From contig JAHBMJ010000028.1 in assembly GCA_018398765.1 (NCBI GenBank), forward strand, positions 1 to 59,214: a DNA stretch of 59,214 bases, given 5' to 3'. Source of the DNA: Chromera velia (taxonomy: Eukaryota). The notes beneath the pieces were generated by a model. It did not search any database. It had not been told where the DNA came from and saw only the letters and a list, made by a program, of their open reading frames with translations. Numbering within the stretch: the first letter of the stretch is position 1; every line of letters starts with the position of its first letter. This document shows, piece by piece, positions 23,984 to 36,954 of the stretch. A program made the translations under genes and the position numbers.

Positions 23984-24282
23984 TGTTCAGATCTGTCCTT
24001 TCTCCAAACCGGCTAGCGTATATAGACTTTCTAGATCTTCTTAGACAGATCTTAACTTTAGTGTCTGCATCTGTATAGTCTGTTCTATGTATAAGATGAA
24101 AGCCTGTCCCAAGACGTACCTACCAATCGGACCTCCTGATCAGAGTCTTTCAGTAGCAAGCTCAAGCTCAATCAAGCCAGCCTCTTGTGTATTGATCTGT
24201 ATTATACTGCATGCAAGCTTTACATTCAATGCGTCTCTCTGTATTGCAATATGCATGCACGACAGAGATCTGGTTGGGAACA
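23984..24282 (-). repeat. LTR copy (5'-terminal, 299 bp, with a 6-bp CAAGCT duplication)
   Basis: Same termini; PBS at 23967-23982. Confidence 0.85.
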
Positions 24283-26022
24283 TCTTTTCGGTTCTATATT
24301 AATTCAGCCAGTTCGCTCGGCGTACGCGCAGAAGATAAGTCCTGCCTAACTCGGCTTCTCTGGCGCACCAAATGTATACAACGCACTGCAACACATGCTT
24401 GCTCTGCTCGTATGTTTCCTTCTGCTTACAACTGTAATGTACTCTTAAAGACTTCCTATATTTCTCTCTCTCTGCACACGGGACGATCCATAACAATGAT
24501 AATGATGATGACTTATGATAGAAGTTAGTAGAACTATAAATTAAATATCAACTAAAACTTTTGAGTTCTCACTCTAAAAAAAAAACTCAGTGTTACGATC
24601 AAGAGTTATCAACAAAGTTCAAAAAAAAAAAAAAATACTGTATGCATGCCAGTGCGTGTGGCATAGAAAGTTCAATCGTGGTATTATTTCCCATGCACAC
24701 TGGCACGCATGACTATACCTAACTTTGAAGTTTGAACTCTAAACCTAAGTCACCTAACTGGTTTTTGTATAAGTCTTGTAATGTTTATAGTAGTTTTTGA
24801 ATATATATACTTAGACATATATTTTTATTTTGAAAACGCCGAATCACCGAACGAATCACAATTTCCGATTCACCTAGCGATTCACAAGATAGATTCATCA
24901 TTGATTTTGCAATAATGTATTGAATGAACAGTGACCACACACATACACACAGCTGCAGACGCGACATTTTCTTCAGTCCTTGCCACCTTCTGACAGCATT
25001 TTCGATTCCTCCTTCTACTTCACTCAAAGAATTAAAGAGATGAGGAGACAGACGAAGTGAAAGGCCCCAACTACAAAGAGCGTTCCATCCGACCGATCGA
25101 TCGATCCACTTCAGGACTGTACGGACGTCAGCTACCGAGAAACTTGGTCGAAGACTGTTTGTGCACATAATCGTCGTACGCGAATGATCTTGCTGACCTC
25201 GCCCGGAACTTTCTTTCTCTTTCCCACTTGCAAAACACTCGTGGCCTACGTAAGATGACATTTTATCCACTGCAGCTCATTGTGTTCTGTCCTCCTGTCG
25301 TCTCCTGACGTTCAACTTTTCGTGCTCTTGAGGCTCACTCGTGTGCTCTCTCTCTCTCCCCCTCCTCAGCGACCGCGTGGTCTCTTTCCCCCTCTGTATG
25401 TATCAGAGAAAGACAGACATCTTAGAAAAAGAAGAGGAAAGAAAAGGAAAAGATGGGCATCCTTAATTTCATGATCATAGTCGTATCCCAATTGATTTTT
25501 GTTTTCTTCGAATTTATTTACTTCTGTAACGGACTTTCTTATCTTCCTTCTTTCTTCCTGAAATTCCCAAGGGGGCGTTTCCGTCTGTAGCGTCTGCTTC
25601 TTTTTTTTTCGCTTTGCCCCTTTTTCTGCCATCCTGTGGGCATGATTGTTGAAAGCTTTTGTTTCCTTTCTTTTGAATTTTCCTGCCCTCTTTAATTTTC
25701 AAAATCGAATTCGTATTGACCAACAAAACACAGACAGAGCAGAAACGCCTACCGACCCACTTGGAGTACGGTTTCCTTCCTTTTAAGTCAATTAAATCTT
25801 TGGAAGGAAGGAAGGACCTTCAAGGCAAAAGAAAAGAAGGAAGGAAACCCAACCCCCAGCCGACTGTTGCCACCCAACCAGCCCACGGCATCCATCTATC
25901 ATGCTGTCCATCAATCCATCGGCCTGTCTGTCTAATCCTCTCTCTATTGTATTTGTATGTCCCTCGCCGGACTTCATCACCAGACTTCATGCTCTGCCTT
26001 TGTCTCGCTGCTTTGTACATAC

Positions 26023-26065
<43 letters not shown>

Positions 26066-26330
26066 TGTGATTGTGTGAGTGTACGGGGGGGGTTCTCTCT
26101 GTCGTGAAAGTCCTGCAATACCATCCTTCGATCGATCATGCTTGATGCCCCCCCCCCCTTCTCTTCATCTTGCCTGCTCGTACCCCCCGCCCACCCCTCA
26201 ATTACCCCCCCAGCTGCTTCTCTTCACCAAGACGACAGATAGGCAATAGGTGACCGGGAAGCAAGACTAAACAACAAAAGAAGACCTACATGCCGACTTA
26301 ACTGGATTGCTTTTTGTCGTCGACTAAAGG

Positions 26331-26372
<42 letters not shown>

Positions 26373-29300
26373 AGGGAGGGAAGGCAGCCTCGACCCCTTC
26401 ACACCAAGCGCTCCCTTCTCTTCCCGCCACCCCCTTTCGTTTTCACCCGACCAAGCTTGCATCATTCATTCATTCGTTCTCCTGCATGGAGGAATCCTAC
26501 AGACAAACAGACAGGCCTTCCTTCCTTACTTCAGGCAAACATCCAGTGCTGTCTGTATCTCCTGCGTGGCCTCCACAGCTACCCGGCTGATGCTGCCCGA
26601 CTTTCCTTTGGCCCCCCGTCCACGTCCAAACAAACAGACAACATTCTCTTTCACCTCCTCTCCCCATTCACACCAGTCAGTCCCCTTTTCTCGTTTCTTC
26701 TTCCATTCCGCCCTTTCTCTTTCGGTTTGTGGACGGTCCTAGTTTTTTTTTTCTTTTCTTCTGGTCACTCTCTGTTTTACACCCACTGCATCATCATATC
26801 AAACGATCCATCGAATGGTTTTCTCCTTTCTCTGGTGGCCTTTTCCCGTTCCTTTCGTCTGCTTCTGACAGCATCCAGGCCTGCTGGATAGAACACAACA
26901 GAACAGAACAGAACGGAAAAGAAGAATAATGCACAAGCAGCCAGCCAGCCTGTCAGACCTCCACACAGCTGTATGGAAGGAATCAGTCAAGTGGACGATC
27001 GAAAGGGAAGTTTGCCAGCCAAAGCCAAAGAAGAAAAAGGGAAGGAATCTGATGATGCAGTGGAGAGAAAGGGGGGAAGGGCAGCTAGGCGATGGTCATC
27101 CAAATCCGTCCTGCCTGGAAAGGAAAGGAAAGAAAGGAGGGAGGAAGCTGGGGAGTTGGAGGAGGGAAAGGTACTTGGCCACATGAGTGACTTTCTTGAG
27201 GAAAGGAAAAGAACGGAAAGAGAGGGGAGAAGGAAGACAGACAACATGTTGGTCTGACACAAACAAAAGGGCTTGCACGCTCCCCACGCCCTCCCCAGAC
27301 CACAGGCCGGGCCTACGCTTTGCAAGCAGCAGGAGGGCAGGGGGGAGAAGGATCAACGAGTAAAAGAGAAAGAGTGCCAAGACAGACAGGCATATGACTG
27401 ACAACGCATCGAATTACAGTGCTCTTTTTCTTTTTCTTTGCTTGTTGGCATGGTCGTCTTCTGCATCGACCGAGGGTGTACGATTGGAAGGAAACGTTGG
27501 CCAGTCTGTCAGTTAGTCAGTGCGTTTTTCTTTCAGTCGCTTCCCTTTCCTTTCCTTTCCTTCTCTGCATGGGCTCTCTCGTCCCTCTCCGTCGGGAGAG
27601 AGACACAAAAACATCCAATTTCCTACAAACACTCACACAAAAACACACTGTGAAGATGTCACTGTTCTTCGTACTTGTTCGCACTGACGAGAGACAGACA
27701 GATAAAGAGATTGACAGAAAGGGACGTGTTGCATTGAGTGTGAGTGAGCAGGCAGCAGACGCTGCAACACTCCTCTCCTCCTTCATTACTTCATTCATTG
27801 CATCTTGCAAGCCTCTCCGTCGTTCTTCTTTCCGCCCACCCCCGATAGATATCTACCCTTTCTTATATCAAACGACAAAACAGACAGAGTGAAAGAAGGG
27901 AGAAGGAGGCTAGCAGCGAGCACGAGATGGATGGTGTTGCAGTATTGCAAACAGAAAGAAAAAAGGGATGAAAGAAGGGTTGAAGAAGAAGAATCAGCCC
28001 TCGCTCGAGCTTTCCCAACGCTTCGTTCCTTCTCCTTAAGAAGAAAAAGTTCGAATTAATTGCACATTCATTCATTTTTCTTTCCAAATCAACTTCTCTC
28101 TGTCTCTCTCTCTCTCTCCATGTGATGCTGCTGTCCGATTCCTTCAAGCCTGCATGAAATGCCTTGCAATGTAACATGCATGCACGCACGCATGAAGTGA
28201 TGAATTGATCACGCGTCTTTCCTTCCTGCAATGCACAGTCATTCATTTATACATTCAATCCTTCATTCATTTAAATTAACTTACCCATGTCTTCCTGTCG
28301 GCATCCTCTGCCGGTCCACTTCCTTCCTTCACACCACCTACACACCCATCGATCGGTCCATCCATCCAATTCCTTCCAATCCATTCACGGCAGTGCTGCC
28401 AGACAGAGAAATGAATGAATGAAGAATGTCCGTCCAGTGAACGGACGTCCACTTATTCGAATGCATTTATTGAATTGAATTGAATTGCCGGGCTACCGCT
28501 ACCCCAACAGAGGTCCCCCGGGGGCCCACCCGGCGGCGCGTCGCGTCTCTTCTCTGCTCCCCTCTTTGTAGACAGACACGATGAGAGACAGACAGACAGA
28601 CTGGGAGAGAGACTCTAAATTCATCCGAGTAGACTCATCGATCAATGCATCCATGATCAAATTCGGGTGCACGAACACACACACATACACATACACACAG
28701 GCGCACAGATACACAGTTACACAGACAGACAGCAACTTCAATTCGTTCTCGTGACGCAGACAGACAGACAGACAGACAGACAGAGCAGGGACCGACCCGC
28801 CCAGCCACTTCTTTCTCTCCTCCCCCCCCTCCATGCAACCCCGTGGGAGGGGACAGGGAGGCAGGCAGGCAGGGACGCAGGGAGAGCAGAGGAGTGCCTC
28901 TCCTCTCGTCTCTTTTGTTAAATTTCCTCCGGAAGACGGAAGGAAAAGAAATGAATGAAATGATCAATTCAGCGAATTCGTTGGTTGGTTGGTTGGTTTT
29001 CTTCTCTCCTTTCGTTTCATGAAGAAAGAGAAAAAAAAAAAAACAGAGAGGTAACGCTATGCAGACGGACAGACCTCCTTGAGTTCCTGCCGACAGACAA
29101 GCAGCCCCTCCCGCCCACGTTCTTTTATTTGACCTTCCCTCCTTGCGACTCGCTGCCAGCAAGCCTTTGCTTGTCCACGCGGCTGTCACAAAGCGAGGGC
29201 TGAGGGAGGAAGTGGGAGAGAACGCAAACCCACCCCCCAGAGGACGGTGCGGAAAGCATGACGACCCGCTTTGCCGAATTGGTTTTTAACGAATTAAAGA

Positions 29301-32170
29301 AATCGATGATGCGATGAATTGATTGCTGCTTTGTTTTTCCGTTGTTTCCGACAACTGGCACGAAAAGATCGTAATAAGGTGAATGAAGACAAAAAGGGAC
29401 GAAGAACCAGAAGAGAGAGAGAGCAGCAGGTGGGTGACATGATATGATCATATCGATGATCGACAAGAGACTTCCTAAGCCTGTGAGAGGAGAGGAGAGG
29501 AACGAAGGATCGATCCTTCTCCCTTCCCGCCCGCCCGTATGGGTCATCCGTAGACAGATTTCCTCTCGTTAGTTCGTTCCTTCACGGGGTTTCTTCTTTT
29601 GTTGGAGTGCGGGCGCGCGTCAACCAAATGCTTGCTCTCCTCCCCTTCTCTCTCCGGCGTACCGGTGTTTACTTGTGTGTATGTGCGTGTGTGTGTGGAT
29701 TGCTTGAATGCATAAGCTCTGCCCCAGCCAACCAAGCCGAACGGAGTCCGCAGAGCGTAGCAATACACACACATGTGAACAAAGAGGGAAATCAATGGAG
29801 ATTGACGTACTCACTCACGAATGGATTGCATGAATTCTGAGACAAGACAAAGGAGAGACAGGAAGGAGAGACGGGAGGGAGGGGACGTCTTATCTCTCTT
29901 TTCCTCCTCTTCTTCTTCTTCTTCCTTTTCTTATTTGTGCATCGGGAGGCCAGGGGGGGTGCTGAAGGAGGGCAGAGAACAGAGAAGGGCAAGCAGAGGG
30001 AGGGGGAGAGGAGAGCATGCAATTGTTTGAGGGAGGAAGCACAAGAAAGAACACGAAGGAAGAAAAGACGAGCAGGAGACCCCCCCCTCCATCCACCTGG
30101 AGACCGACCGACAGATAAATACAGAAAGAAAGAAAAAAAGGCAGGGCAGGCAGGCAGGCAGGCAGGTGAAGAAATGAACAAAAGCCTACCGGTGGGTACC
30201 GGCGATGGCTGGAACACGACCACAGAGACAGACACACAAACAGACAGACATGCATGCATGCAGTCAGGCGTATCGACTAGCTGTGGACATGCATCCTCCT
30301 TTTCTTCTCTTCTTCTTTTCTTCTCTCTCTCTCTCTTTCGTCTTTCGTTCCTTGCTTCTTTCTTTCTTTCTCTGACTGGTTTGTTCGGTTGGTTGGGTCT
30401 CCCGTTCGAGAAAGCAGTGCATCAGTCAAGTCTCCCTCCCTCTCTTCTTGCATGCACACGCCCACACAATCAATCATGCTCTCACTCACTGACGCACGCA
30501 TGCACGTCCCTTCCTTCCTTCCTTCCTGTCTCTTCAATTATCACTTCTTCAAGTCACTCACCTCCTCGCTCGCGTGAACCGAAGGAGAAGGAAAAAAGGA
30601 AGGAAGGAGGCAGGAAGGAAGGAAGATCTACTTGATCAGACAGACCGGACTCACTGAAGAAAAGTGAAGAGAGGGGGCGTGGAGTCAACAGGCAGATAGA
30701 TAGAAGCAATAGCGAGGGAGGAAAGATCGAAGCCATGCATGGCAGAGACACACAGAGATACAGAAAGAAGAATGGAAGGAAGGAAGGAAAGACAGAACCA
30801 GCAGACCACCCCGTCCACCCATCCATCCAAGAAGAAGAGAGACACAAAAGAAAGAAAGAAAGAAGATATCGACTGAGAAAGAAAGAGAAGAAAGAAGAAG
30901 ACAAGCAAGCAAACAAGAAGCGCACACGAAGGACGGAAGCCGCGCTGACGAAGACGAAAAGACGATCGGTCGGAAGTGAAGGAAGCAGATCGCTTGAGTG
31001 GGAAAGAAGGAAAGAAGGAAGGGGAATTGACTCCAGCAGGAAGGAAGCCCACTTCCTTCCTACCGTCAGTCCATCAATTTGCCTGTCAGACAGACACACA
31101 GACAGAGCATCTACCGGTCTGGCCGATCGTGCGTGCCGCATCATGCAGATCATACAAGTCGGTCAACACGGCACGCAGGCAGGCGGGCAGGCAGGAGGCC
31201 AAGGACGTCTTGTCTCGTCTCAGGAGGAGCTAGGGCAATGAAGAGACGACAGAGTCAGACAAAGAAACACGATGGAAGGCAGGAGAGAAGCCAAACGAAA
31301 AGAAGCGGAGGGGCCTCAGCCTGCCTGCATGCATGAAGCCGTCTCCATCTCCCCATCCCCCCCCCCTTCTTGCCCTTTCTCCCTCTGAACTCCCAGAGAG
31401 TTAGAGAGAGAGAAGGACAAGAAGAAGCCGATTTGTTCTTCTTTCGCTAAATTCTCTATTCTCTCACCCCAATCACACACACACAGACAGACAAAGAAAG
31501 AAGCGATCGATGCACCCGTCGATTTGCCCTCCCTCCCATCAATTTAGGGGGTGGGGCGGGGTCACAAGTTGTGTCAGACACAGACAGACAGACAGACAGG
31601 CCGATAGAACACAAGCACAGAACAGAACAGATACAAGGGAAGAAGACGAAGAAGCAGAAAAAAAAAAGGAGAGGAGCGAGTGGATATAGGCTGATGATCT
31701 TGCAGGACGGACCAAAAGAAGAAAGAACGAAAGAAGGAAAGAAAGACGCAGGCTGAGGAGCTCGCAACTTCACCCACCTCCCTCCCGCCCAAGCCGCCAT
31801 CCTTCTTTCCTTGCTGCATTCCTTTTGAACACCCGAGATCGAAGCAGACACACAGAGGAAAAGAAGAGCACACGAAAGTCCAACTTCGCGTCGCGTGCGG
31901 GGAGAGAACCAAAGGGACGATCGAGGAAGGAACAGAGGGAGACAGACAAAGGCATGAGGCCATCCATCTCCCGCTGTCCTCCCTGCATCCATCCATCCAT
32001 CGGTCATCTCTTTGCCCCCGTCATCTGTTTGTTTTGTGTTCGCGCAACCAAGAGGAGACGAGAGACAAAAGAAAGAAGGGAAGGAGGAGGGAAAGCAAAA
32101 GCAACCTGCCTCCCACCCTCTCTCTCTCCTAGCTCTCTCTCTTGTTTTTCGTCTCTCTCGTCTTGCTTCT

Positions 32171-35100
32171 TCACTCAGCAACAACGGGAACAGCGTCCCC
32201 TTCTGGACTTGAGATCTCACCAGCCCTTTCCCTCTTTTCCGTTTCCCCTTCCTCCGCCTTCTCCGAGTCACTCGAGGCTCCTTTGGTCAGTTGCCCCCCC
32301 GAGCCCTTCTCTCTCCCCCTCTCCTTAGAAGAGGAAGAGGAGCCCCCCTTGTCGTCCTGCTGCTCAGCTTGTTCTGCTTCCTCTGCAGGGGCTGCAGCCA
32401 TTGGACACAGGAGGAAGGGAGGGAAACTTCAAAGTTTTCTTCTGTCTCCTCTATTTCTTCAAAGTGCCAGGCACTTTTCTGAAGACCATCACAACTACAC
32501 GTTTCCTCTGCTTCTACAAACGGTAAGAGAATAAAAGTGCTCGCTGTTGATCACTTCAGTTTCTTTGCCTGTCGAGCAATAACGTCAAGCTCGAAACACA
32601 AATCTTCAAGGTGTCCACTTAAGACATGCCTGTGTCTGAATGTGGGTGCATGTGCAAAAGACGAGAGAGAGACCTTCCCGTGATTCCACCAAAAACTCCA
32701 CGGTGAGGAGGCGGGGGGGGAAATTGTACTGCTATTTCGCCATTTTTTTTTGCTCTACGTATTCTATCTAATCTCCGGCGTTCTTCAAATTCCAGTATTC
32801 ACAATACCATTCTCACACACACCCCCACACACACCTGCAGAAACCGAAGGAAGGTCTACGACGGACGAGGACAGCGCGACAGAGGCGAAACTTTCCGTGA
32901 GGTTGTCCTGCAATGAGCCTGTGCCGGACTGCGTCTCCGTTCTCTCCGGCGGAGCATGGGGGACAGGGGCAGCTGCAGACTTCCCGACGGGGACTCCTAG
33001 GTCGCCTGACGATTCTGCGGCGGCAGACGGCTCCTCCTTCTTGTCCACTTCTTTGTCCTCCACTGCCTCCGTTTGGTCGTTTTTCGTTTCTTCTTCTTCG
33101 AGCTCTGACTTCTTCCCTTTGTTGTCCACTGGGGAGACGGGTGACATGGGGGTCATGTGTTTCTCCGTGACGGGAACTGAGGGGGAAGGGGAGGAGGAAA
33201 GAGGTGGTGCGGCGTCTTCAAGTTGTTTGTCTTTGGTGGGCTTCTTCTCCTCTGCTGCGGGGACTTGAGAAGGGGAAGGGGGGGAGTCATGTTTTTTGGG
33301 AAGGGAACTTTGCACGTCCTCCTTGTCCTCCTCTGCAGCAGCGATTGGTGCTTGCTTTGGGGAGTCCGCTTTGCTCTCGCTTTGCTCCTTTTCTTCGTCT
33401 GCTTGCTCTGTGTTTGTCTTCGCCTCTTCCTCTTTCTTTTCCTCTATCTTCGTCTCTTGCACCGGCTCCTTTTCTGCAGACGTCTCCTCTTTGCCCCGCG
33501 CCTCCTTTGCGTCTTCCCCCTCCTGAGGTTGGGGTTGAGGAGACGCGGCTTCTTGGTCCTCCGCCAGGGCCTCGAGTGTGCATTTGACAGATTCCTTGAT
33601 GTCCTGTCTCATGGCTGCAGTCTGCAGGTGAGGCTTGAAAGGGGTGATGGGCGAAGAGGAGGGGCAGGCTGGGAGCTCGCCTGAGAGAGATACAGAGGGA
33701 GAAGGAGAAGGGGACTGCGGGCTTTGGGCAGCGGCAAGGGGAAGGGTGAGGGGGGAACTGGAAGATGCTTCCTTCGGTGCATCTGCACCTGCGTCCTCTC
33801 CTCCCTCGTCCTTTTTCGCTTCAGATGCTGCGTCTGCCTTTTCTGCCTCTTTCTCTTTCTCCTTAACATCGCCACTCCCTTCATCCTGCTGCTCTTTTTC
33901 TGCACTCTCTTTTTCTTCTGCAGGGGCGGCGACTTCCTCCTTTTTCGTCTCCGCACTCTCCTCCTGCTTCCCTTTTTCCCCCCTCTGTTGTGCCTCTTTT
34001 TCCTTCTCGTTCAGGGGGTCTGCAGCGTCTCCCTCAGCAGGACTTGTCTCTTTGTGCTCTGCAGGTGTGTTCTCAGATTCCTTCTCCCCCTCCTCTTCCT
34101 CCTCAGCAGCTTCCTTCTCTTTTCTGGCTTCTGGAGGGGTCTCTTTGGGGGCTGCGAGGGCTTTTGCCTTCTCCTTCGCGTCTCCTGAAGGGGGTTTCGG
34201 AGGGGATGGGCGAGTGTCCTGAGGCGGCGGGGGGGGAGGAGGTGGAGGGGGTGGCGGCGGGACCCCACCTCCGAGATGATTCATGGGAGATCCGTCGGAG
34301 ATGAACGCCGCAGGGTTGACGTTGACAGGCGCCGCCACGAACCCCCCGGCACCAGGAATCCCCCCCGGGGGCCAGGGACCAGCCTTGGGGGACCCAAACT
34401 GACTCAGCGTCATGTTCAGTCCTCCTCCAGGTGCCCCCCCGGGTTTTCCGTCTGCCCCTTGAGGAAGAGGAGAAGGGGAATGGAGATTGAACGGAAGGGG
34501 GGGCCCTCGGATACCCGCAGTGGGAGACGGCGTGGGTAGGTCCGGAAGCCCCGCGCCTGTTGCTGACAGGATCGGGGACCCCAGAGGGCTCCCTGAGTAG
34601 CCAGCAAACGCAGCGCCGGGCCCATTCATTGGGGAAGGGGAAGGGAAAAAGCTCAACCCGCTCCCTAACGGACCGATGCCTAACACAGCAGACATACCAC
34701 TGTTCCCCCCTCCCTGGTTGTGTGCAAACCCCCCGCTGTCGAGGGGAATGACGGGGGAATAGGGCACTGCCCCGGGGCCGGTCAGAGCGTCAGGAGTAGG
34801 CGAGGCAGAACCCCCGTGTCCAAAATGGAGAGACTGCCCTCCGGCAGGGCCCCCGTGGATGAAGCTGCCGGGGGGGAGAAGGAGAGTCGGGGACATGCCG
34901 GCGGCTGCATTGTGCATGTTGGCCGCTGCAGCCGCAGCCGCTGGGTTGTTTGTCTGCTGCTGCTGTTGTTGTGTTTTCTGGTTTCCTCCCTGCTGCTGCT
35001 GCTGTGATTGCAGATTCGACTGCACGGTGACGGACAGATGGCCTGCATTCCTCCTATTCAAAATTCCTCCTGCCACGCCCCCCTGAGCTTGTCGGGCTTC

Positions 35101-36922
35101 TTCACCTGACTGCTGCTGCCCGCCTGCGCCTCCTCGTCGCATCCCCCCTCCGACGGTGCGGCCGCCATTCCCGTCACGTGCCGTCGGGCTCTGGCCGTCT
35201 CCTCCTCCTTCCTGATGCATATTTGCCCCCATAGAGTCTGGGGAGGGGAAGTTCAAACCACGAGAGGCACCGGCTCCTTTGCCCCCTCGTCGCCTCGACT
35301 GGGGTGTCGACTGACCGCCCCCAACCGGATACTGGGTGCTGTTCATTTGATTTGAATTCTTTTGCATCATCCCCCTGGCTCCACCCTGTCCTTGTCCTTT
35401 CATCGCCCCTTCATTCAAATTACCCCCCCCCGGCTGAGGCTGCTGAGATCGGAAGAGCGACGAGAGGGGAGTCGGACCCCCCCCTCCCTGCTGCTGCTGT
35501 TGATTTCCATCGAAACCCCCCCCGAGGTTGAGGTTCTGGTTCTGACCCCCTTGGTCCTCCTGATCTCCCCTGCGACCACCCATATGAAACGCCTGCCCCG
35601 GGAAACCGCCTCCTCCCGCCTGACTCGACACATGCCGACCGCTGTCACTGGGAAAGATCAAATGGGGCCTGTTTCCCTTCTCTACTCCTCCTCCTCTGCC
35701 TCTCCCCCCCCCAGGCTGGTGCTGCTGTTGGGCCATCGGAGAGAAATCATTCTGCATGCCCCCCCCGAAGTGCTGCTGCTGCATGCCTGACCGGAGGGGG
35801 TGCATCCCCATTCCCGTGTCGGTCTGACGACTGCCGAAATCCTCAAAAGAAGTCGAGTGGCTACGGGCTGGATCGCCCCAGGGGCCCTGCTGCTGTGACC
35901 CGCCGCCACTCATGTGCCCCCCTTGCCTGTTCATCCCGCCGCCAGGCCCACCGCCACGACGCCCCCCTCCCGGGCCGATCCCCTGCAACTCTCTCTGTTC
36001 CCCCCCCCCTGCAGCCCCTGCAGCCACTCCCTCCAAACCGAAGGGAAAGGAAGACGACCTGACAGGATGCCGATTCTGTTGGGATCCCTGCTGCTGCTGC
36101 TGTTGGGGGAATGGTCTCTGCTGAGAGTGCTGTTGGCTCCTCTGCTGTTGGCACTGTGCGAGCTGCGCTGCGGGCCCAGCACCCCCTCCGTTCCCAGAGC
36201 CCCCCCCCCCTCCTCCTGAAGGCGACTGGTGTTCCCCTTCCTGCTCGTCGTGGGCCTTCGAGTAGACTGCACGTTGGCAGAGAGAGGAGAGAAGAGAAGA
36301 GAAGAGGAGAGACAAGAATGATTTCATGCCGCCGTCTGTTTGTGCATCCCCTTTTCTCCCTCTCTCCCTTCCTCTGACTTTTTCTGAGACTGACGCCGTG
36401 CCTCCCTTCTTCACTTGCGACGTCAACAGACGTAACCGCGGAAGATCGACGAAGTTGTGGATGAATGCTTGACTGACTGAGTAGATTCGCAGGCAGGGTG
36501 GAGCCATCGAGCAAAACAAAACAAAGTAAAACAAGAGGAACCGCTAAGTGAAAGAAGGCCTGACAGACACTTGCTGTGCGGGTGCAAATGAGGGTAGTGC
36601 GCCTGCCTGTCCTTCTACATGCTCGCCTCGACAGCCTACCTTCCTGCCTGCCTGTCTGAAAAAAAAAAACTGACTGACGCAAATGCTCTCTCATCCGGGG
36701 GTGCATCACGTCCTTCGCAGGCCGCCCGTTCTCCCGGCAGTACCTGGCATACTCCTCCTGAACCTGAAAGAAACGAACAAAAGAAAAGGTTAGTACCATA
36801 GCCAAACAAACAAAAGGAGAGAAGAGCAGGAAGTAAGGTGTACACACAGACACACGCACACTGGGGAGAGTGGGGACCCTCCGAACGACAACGCCGGGAT
36901 GACCCCCCCCATCCAATCCAGT

Positions 36923-36954
<32 letters not shown>

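Larger units (their letters stand above)
14670..24282 (-). mobile_element. Tandem array of a ~2.72-kb non-autonomous LTR retrotransposon (LTR-internal-LTR-internal...-LTR with shared LTRs)
   Basis: Period 2720 and 2722 bp (18542, 21262, 23984). Four visible LTRs run TGTT(C/T)...GAACA on the minus strand. A PBS follows the three LTRs that lead into an internal domain, and a polypurine tract precedes the three that follow one. The array stops exactly at the LTR end (14670). An N-gap at 17157-17175 hides at least one more LTR. Confidence 0.88.

Noticed and set aside
14963..24282. Alternative genetic code or readthrough rescuing a full gag-pol
   Set aside because: In the portions I translated, reassigning TGA did not give a long recognisable frame, and host genes use TAA, TAG and TGA as ordinary stops.
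13899..24612. 11-bp inverted match (TTGATAACTCT / AGAGTTATCAA) flanking the whole array as TIRs of a large transposon
   Set aside because: Too short, AT-rich, does not extend, and no TSD.
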